From Hormiphora californensis (Eukaryota > Animalia > Ctenophora), in contig CM035351.1 in assembly GCA_020137815.1 (NCBI GenBank), positions 7,874,001 to 7,938,000 of the forward strand: a stretch of 64,000 nt of DNA, given 5' to 3'. Below the pieces are notes generated by a model. It was not told the origin of the DNA. It ran no database searches and saw nothing but the letters and a program-made list of their open reading frames with translations. The first letter of the stretch is position 1. Every line of letters starts with the position of its first letter. Position numbers and translations under genes: made by a program. Of the stretch, positions 56,701 through 64,000 are shown one piece after another.

Positions 56701-59700
56701 TAGATATGTTTACTTAGTTTAGTTTGTTAGTGAGTAACACTAATGTTACCCCACCGTATGACACATCTCAACAAAAAACTCGACTTCTGACATTTAAATC
56801 TAGGAAGTAGCGCGTCTCTCGCCTCTGCACCGCTCTGACTCCCCCAAATCGTCGATCGTTCTCTCTCTTCTCTCGTCTCTCCATCATATCGTCTCTTGAC
56901 CAAGAGAATCACCATATACCCAAACAAAAGTTCTGTTGTAACAACCCCCCGATTAGATCTTATGCTTTGAGAGAGAGAGAGAGAGAGAGATTGTACTAGA
57001 ACAATACGAGGATTAAGTTGGGGCGGATCGATCTATTAAGTAAACTATTGGGCGGCTCAATGAAGGCTGTCAAACGCGATGGGGGCTCGGGGACCAAAGT
57101 AAATACTTCAGTCTCTGTAGTACCTTAACATTCTTACGTCATGCAACTTATTGTATATATCTCTCTTTCTAATCGTCTCTCTATCTATATCGTATATATC
57201 TCTTTGCTCTATATATATCCTAATATCTATCTCTATATATAAAAAGCGGGCACCGTTCTGGTTGAACATCCATGTTTGTCTTTTTGTTCTTACCTTCATC
57301 TTCCCCCATGACAATGCGCTCTTTTTCGCCGCCCGTCTTGGTGGCGCTAACCTTTGGTTTCTCGGTTGTTCTCTGGTTGCTATCTTTTGGCCTGGTACGC
57401 CAACGCCGCTTTTGGTATGGTTTCCCCGCCATCGTTGCCCGCCCCCTCCCTTTTTCCCTCCCTTTGTTTTTTATACCACCAGTCTCGATTTGCACGGGGT
57501 TTATGTTTTTTTCTTTTCCGCCTTTTTTTGACCTCTAATAAAACAATACCAAACATGCGGCCACCCCAATTTTTGATGAGACCCCGAGCCCGAAAGCAAA
57601 GGTAAAAGCACATAGAGTTGGAGGCCTCGCGACCCGAAGAGACATGATTTACACGACCCGTCTTCCTTCACTCCCCGTCCTGATGCCACCCCCGCCCCCT
57701 CGTGAGTCTGTGAGGAGGGAAGAGAGAGTGGAACGACCTAATTCAAACAAAAGAAATTTCCCCCGCTTTGTAACATCCAAACCGTTTTCCGACGTGATAG
57801 ACCGATTACGCCGAAGTATACCGCCAGACCACTCGCCCGGTTTGGGATCCGCCAGGAGAAGGGCAGGACCAGTCGTCAGGGCGGTGGGTAGGGTGGGCTA
57901 GACTGTGAATTAGGGGACAAGTCAAACACAACATTCTTTAGTGGGTGGTTGTGGCGATGGCGGACCTGCGACAAGCGCCGACAACCATGAAGGGGACCCT
58001 ATCCGAATATCCCACCCCGTATATATTAACCTGTTTAGGTTCCCCCTACGAGCTCTCCCCACCTCCCATCCACTATTGCACTTTTTCCCCCCCCCGCTTT
58101 AGCAGATAGCTGAAATCCTCGTGATCTGTTGAAACCCAGTGTGTGATTTTTGTGCAAATAGGCACATTATTTTTAGTGGAGGGATTAGAAATAGCGAGAC
58201 AGCAGCAGCGCCTGTCTTCCTCCTCCACCCTCCACCCTCCCCGCTCTCCTAACCCTCCTTTTTCAGCCTCCCTCTTTTTCTTCCTTCTTCCTTCTTCCTA
58301 TATCCTCATTTCCTTTCCTTCAAGGCCCGGCCCGATCCCCTTGCCCACTACTAGTTCCTCCTCTACAGCATCTCGCGAGCGAGCTTTTTCTTCCTTTTCT
58401 CGCTATTTTTTCACTTTTTGAGTCATGGCGTTTTATATTCTTTATAGAGCCACCTTTTCCTCGTTTTGTTCACTTTAATTTTTTGTTTGAACGTTGGTTT
58501 TTAAAAAATGTTCACGATCCGGCCAAAGAACATGGTTATCTAAGTATGCGGTGAAAGATCCTCAGTCCCCAATTTCTTCTCCTCTTTTTGGTTTTTGAAA
58601 CAATATAATTAAATTTATAATCCAGTGATTCGTTAGCGGCATTTTTTTATGCTTCGTATTCTCGCGTCTCTCTCTCTCTTATCATTCTATCTCTCGACAC
58701 TCGAGCGCGGTCTTGCGTCGTAGTCGTGTTATCTACTCTCTCTCCTCCTGTTTTTTCTTACACTCTTTGTCCTCCGTGTCCGGTTCTCCTCTGTCTTCTC
58801 TTTCTGTCCTCTCATCCTCTTTCGGCTCTATGTTCCTTACAGCTCTGTCTTTGTTCTCTCCCTCTTCCCTCCTCGCCACCTCTTGCTCTCCTCTCTTCTC
58901 TCTCTCCATCTCTCTCATCCTCTATCCTCACCCCTTCTCTTTCACAGCTGACCCATACGAATGGTGCACGGTGATCGTTCTCACAGACGATCTTGGGTTA
59001 CCACACTTGACAACCCCCTTGGCACCCTGTATAAATAGGTTAAGTGGATATTTCTTATTCACTCTATTTATCTCCCTTCTACCACACATCTAACTCTCTT
59101 CTCACTTATTTCATCTCCTCCTTTGCTCCTTCTCTCACTCCATGCCCACTATCCAGCCACCCCACGGGTCCACAGGAAAATCCATCTCACAGTAAAGTGC
59201 TAATCGCACTACTACTGGCTCAAATCAAGCTGGGGAGTTGTTAAGCTAAAAAGGTGATTCACTAAATGCACTGGGCTCTAAAAAACTTGTTAGAAGTGTG
59301 TGCCATCACGCTAAGAACCTGTGTTTTTAGAAGCTAGATGATAGCAACCATATGGCTTATTTGAGGCAATCAAACTATATCACACTTCAATACGTAGCTA
59401 GAACCGCATCAAACTAGTGACTGAGAAAGAGAGAAAGAGATGTCCCTTGTCCAGAGTGAACAAATTCTTTTCCCTTCCCCCCGAAATAGAACAGGCATAA
59501 TTAAAGAATTATGCCGTTTCCTAGCTACGAACAAAAGGCCTGGGTTGAGCCACGTAGATAATCGTTGGAAAACTATTTCAGATTTCATCACTAATAAAAG
59601 CATGGAACATCCTCAGACAGCGTGCAAAGGACGTAAAGAGAAACCGTTTATCATGGCCAGAAGGAAAGCTCCATCAAAAACCCACTCTTTGCGCTAATTA

Positions 59701-60382
59701 TAATGCACCTTTATGTTTTCTACAAATTTCCAAAATTTCATGCTTCTATCACAAAAAACGTGCCGAATCCTTGTCTAGCTAAACCGTCTTTCGTGTGCCC
59801 GCCCGCAAAATACAAATGTAAGGGTTAGAACATAACAACTGAATCCTATGTGGAGATGACAAGAAAATCGAGCTCGTTTTCGGTTGGTGGGTTCAAAATT
59901 AGATAGAGCAGCCGTTGTTGCTGTAGTCACCGCACCACAATATTTGTAACTAAATGTATTATTTGCTATCTTTCTTTTATACCATCACGTACGCTGTGAA
60001 TAATGTATGAGATAACGAAGCGCTTCGAGTTCGGGGATGGTTATTATTCATTAGCAGCTCTAAAAAGATAGCTTGGGCATCAGAACATCTTTTGAGATGC
60101 AAATACAGTGCAATATTTAGGTGCCGGCAGGCACCTCCGACCCAATTTTTTTGTAACTTAACTGTTTGCTGAGCGTTATCTTTTCAAAAGAATTCATTTA
60201 TTCATTTGTTGTACAAGCCGCACCCAACGGATATGGACCTAAAGCATTACATAGGCATATAATAAATATTTGGCTGTTTGGTTGTTTGGCGTTTGACGCA
60301 AATTTTATGGGGTCCGTGGCCACTGGAGCGGTAACTGAATTGGGACTGAATTATTAAAATTTATTCGATAATAATATTTCTA

Positions 60383-60645
60383 ATTCGGGGCCTGGCAAGG
60401 CCCCCCGACCCGAATATAACCCAAACTCAACCCATCCCCCCTAAAACATCCCCCCTAAAACTAAAACAACGGGGCCGAGCCGACAGGCAGATGAAAAAAA
60501 ACCATAACCATAACCATTCGGGGCCTGGCAAGGCCCCCCGACCCGAATATAAACCAAACTCAACCCATCCCCCCTAAAACAACGGGGCCGAGCCGACAGG
60601 CCCTTAATACCAGATGAAAAAAAACATAAAACCATAACCATAAAC
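60383..60645. repeat. Imperfect direct duplication of about 130 bp in a probable transposon remnant
   Basis: ATTCGGGGCCTGGCAAGGCCCCCCGACCCGAATATAA...AACAACGGGGCCGAGCCGACAGGC...CAGATGAAAAAAAA occurs at about 60383 and 60516. A GTAATTACAT micro-repeat lies at about 60880-60970. Confidence 0.8.
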
Positions 60646-61117
60646 CATAGATATTTTTAGAGTGAAAGTTTTGAAGCCCCCTGAAGTAGTAGAGGTTTTC
60701 TAGGGCTCGTTGGAAAGCTCTCGAGGTCCCGCGACGTATAGGGGGTGTGGCGATGGCCATTCCCAAACCTATAAGGGGTAGGACGCGAAAAACAGTCAAA
60801 ATAAGGGGTATGCAGATCTCTGCAATTAGAAGGAGTAGAAAGGTGTTCTAGGGTGCGTTCGAAATCTCTCGAGGTGCTGAAGTAATTGGAATGTAATTGG
60901 AAGGAATTACATGTAATTGGAAGTAATTACATGTAATTACATGTAATTAAAGGGTAATTACATGTAATTAAAAGGTCTAAATGACTCCAAATGACAATTT
61001 AAACATATTTTGACATATTTGGAGGCCCTGAGACCAGCGGGTGGCCAAATTTAATCCGGTTTCGGGTCGGCTGACGTAAAAACTCCGCGTTTTGGTCGAG
61101 ATATATTATACACTAAC

Positions 61118-62233
61118 TTGAATAGCTTGATCACTCGGAAGATCCTAAACAGCCGGAGAATCCTCCCTGAATCAAAGAAGGCCATCTTTGACATGAAGAG
61201 TTGAGCGTAGAAGGGAAGGAGAGATAGGAAATCAACTATATTCTGCCCGTTAGTTAGAAATCCCTTCACACTAGGCCACGTGATAGCCCGGATAATCAGA
61301 TCAATGGAGAAGAACCCTGCTATACATACATCCATCCAGTACAGAAAGGGGTACATGATGTGGTCTGGGTTGGTAAAGGCTGGGTTGTAGGCTGGCTCTG
61401 TCTCCAGTATAAACGAGATGATACTGATTGTGATGAACACAATGTCCACCCCAGCCCATATCCCGGCTGCTGTAGTACTGCTGGGGTCGACCAGGAACAA
61501 GTGGATTCTAGCTTTGAGGGTGTTGGGTATGGGCACAAAGTCATTCCTCTTGGCAGTGGGCTCTACCTTCTTGGGCTGGAGACCCCAGTACTCCAGCTCC
61601 TTCTCTATGAGGCGGGTATCTAGTTCGGTTGGGAACTTCATCTTGCCTGTCTGATAGAATGTCGATATGAACTCAAATACTGTCCTGTTCCTGAAGGAGA
61701 GAGAGAGGGCGGGGTGTTATAATTTATGTGGTTTAGGACCCGGGGTTGTAACAATTAAAATACTGCGGTCTCTGCACAGTACTGAATTTAAAAAATGTCA
61801 CAAGCAACATGGGGAAGAGTTGCTGACTAAGGGGTGGAGTATTATCTGTATTTTTTAGTGATCTACCTGTCAAAGAAGTATGAGTTGAGGGATGGTTCAT
61901 AGTGTTCTTGGAGTCTGGTGGGGGATGCCAGGAGAGAGTCAGGGTGTAGCTGGAGATCAGCTGTGTGAAGGTAGAACTTACCACCAGACACATTTACACA
62001 GATCAGGGGAGAGTTAATTGGGGCTCTCTTGTGACCGTTCCTGAAAATACAGGGGACTTGTGTTAGTAGGGTGACTGATAGTTTCCCCTACCCCTCACAT
62101 AATTCTACAGTCTAAACGTCACCCCTCTACATGAGGGGATCCGGGAACCTCACTCCCAATTAGTCCCAACTAATAACCTGTTCCAGTCGGAAGCAGCATT
62201 TGACTGAGTAACACTTCGTGCCCCGACATTCAT
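61118..62233 (-). CDS. Shaker-superfamily voltage-gated K+ channel alpha subunit: T1 domain and S1-S4 (exons 62233-62178, 62040-61866, 61690-61118); S5-pore-S6 not found
   Basis: T1: ICVNVSGGKF...HPDSLLAS...YFFDR|NRTVFEFISTFYQTG...EKELEYWGL. S1 FITISIISFILETEP; S2 CIAGFFSIDLIIR; S3 NIVDFLSLLPFY; S4 RILRLFRIFRVIKLFK. Confidence 0.92.
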
Positions 62234-64000
62234 ATCTTAACAAGCTGAATAAGACTTTTGGAAGAAGAATAACAGATTCAAACAATAATACTACAACTGT
62301 CAACTAATTGCCTATTATTTTCCTTCTTCCGCTATAATTATAGCATATATATAACTACCATTCTAGTTAGTGTCCTATGAAGCGAAACGAAGTGATATAA
62401 AAGGTACAGTAATATAAAAAAAGTTACAATGCGGGTATCGGTCGAATTGGCAGTCACTATCTTTCTATCTTTAACTTGCAATTTATTGAGCCCACAATGA
62501 TTACTGTGACACGTCACACTACAAAAATATTAGCCTTTAGTACTGACCAGTGATTGTCGTACAGAGATAGATAGGACAAGATAGAGAGAGCGGGGGAGAG
62601 CGAGAGAGATAGATAGGATAAGATAGAGAGAGAGATAGGATAAGATAGAGAGATAGTAGGATAAGGTAGAGAAAGGGAGATGGAAAGGAGGGAGTTAGGG
62701 TAGAAAATTGCCGCTTTCCACCTGACGTAAATAAGCCTGAACATCTAGAGGGAGACAATAATTAGAAATATACGCATAACAATTAAAAAAAAAGAGAGAG
62801 GAAAAAAGATAGGCAACTTTAGAATTAGTAGATTGGGTAAATAGACACAGAAAGAGGAATTGTCTCCAGCACTTGTTGACTACAACAATTCAGCACTATA
62901 ATGCAATCCTACAAGTAACAAGAATATATCATCACGACCTGTATCAACTGTGTGACGGCGAAGACTCAAAATTGCAGAAGAGAGGGAGAGAGAGAATATT
63001 AGAAAGAGGAAATAAAGAATCAAAAATGAAGGAATGCCAAGTTAGCTGGGGTTTTCTCCCGCTAACAATTGATGATTTTAATGCGCCAATTACCACGTCA
63101 CTGCACGTACCGAGACCCCCCCTAGTTATGCACATGACACATTCCGGTGCTAATTAGCGTTAATTAGTTGGGAATGTGGTGGGGCCATGGGCATTTATCC
63201 AATTCACACGTGGTCAACGCATTAATGATACATGCGTTTCTGTGGCTTGAGGTACGTGCTGGCAATCTTATTCAGTTGCTTAGGAGATGCTGTGCTACCA
63301 AGGGGAGAGATGCATTAAATTCTCTCACGCCGGTTATCTCGGAACAGGAAAGTAAAAGTGAGGTCGATTAATATGTAGTGGTAACCAAATTAACGCATAA
63401 ACATTCATACCAATCATAAACCATTAAACCAGTTTGATCTCTCTCCATTTTCCCTCTCTTCCTCTCTACCAGACATCAGTTATTCTGCGGATAATTTATT
63501 TCTCATATCAACTTACCAGGAAGAACCAGACGATCCAAGACTCCCCCATATTGCCACTAATTGACCGGTCTTGGAACCAGACGACCAATTATTGATCCTC
63601 CAGAGATGAACTGTTTATCCTGGCTAGACATAGCAGCTAGGGAGAGAAATAGTGAGATTTTAGATATATGAAATAAATCTTATTTAATGAACATTTAGTG
63701 TTAATTGATTTAATTACACGAATTAAGTAAGTTCCATAATCACTAAGAATATGTAACAGACTACAACACGAAATCGTAGCTCTATGACATCTATAAATTG
63801 TAAAATAGAACTATCAGGATCTCAGAGAGAGAGAAAGAGATATTATGGTAAAAGAGTCCTCCTTTTCCACCGACAAAAGGCAGCTAAAGTTACTCCTCAC
63901 TACGTCTTGTCCTGTTCCTTGGATGACTCAGAGTGCCCGTACATATTGGAAGGTATGGGGATCATGTCTTGTTGTACATAGAAGCGAGGCATGTACATTG

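Noticed and set aside
60441-60641. GYGYG in a minus-strand ORF as the missing K+ channel selectivity filter
   Set aside because: It comes from an (ACCATA)n micro-repeat in a duplicated element and lacks the pore helix (WW...TxT) and S6 context.

Overview
Eukaryotic (animal) genomic DNA with short GT-AG introns and many (GA)n/(CT)n tracts. Gene content and architecture suggest a ctenophore-like or other non-bilaterian marine invertebrate (inference only). Supported genes, left to right: the 3' part of a calcium-channel alpha2-delta-like gene; a secreted multi-C-type-lectin-like protein with a glycosylated 16-aa repeat; a TRPC-like channel; a UPF0764/C16orf89-like gene; six divergent paralogues encoding GPI-anchor-type triple CCP/sushi-like proteins (15.5-26.6 kb); an SV2/SVOP-like MFS transporter; a rhodopsin-class GPCR; a WD40 protein; an orphan ORF; and a Kv-channel gene whose pore exons I could not find. 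The most striking structure is the sushi cluster. Two divergent arms (2 and 4 genes) have stop-to-ATG gaps of only 55-88 bp, each with a donor-less splice acceptor just before the next ATG, as expected for SL-trans-spliced operons. 43-61 kb is gene-poor and holds a 1.4-kb TTAA-flanked foldback element, MITEs and minisatellites. Exon boundaries were assembled by eye and are approximate.
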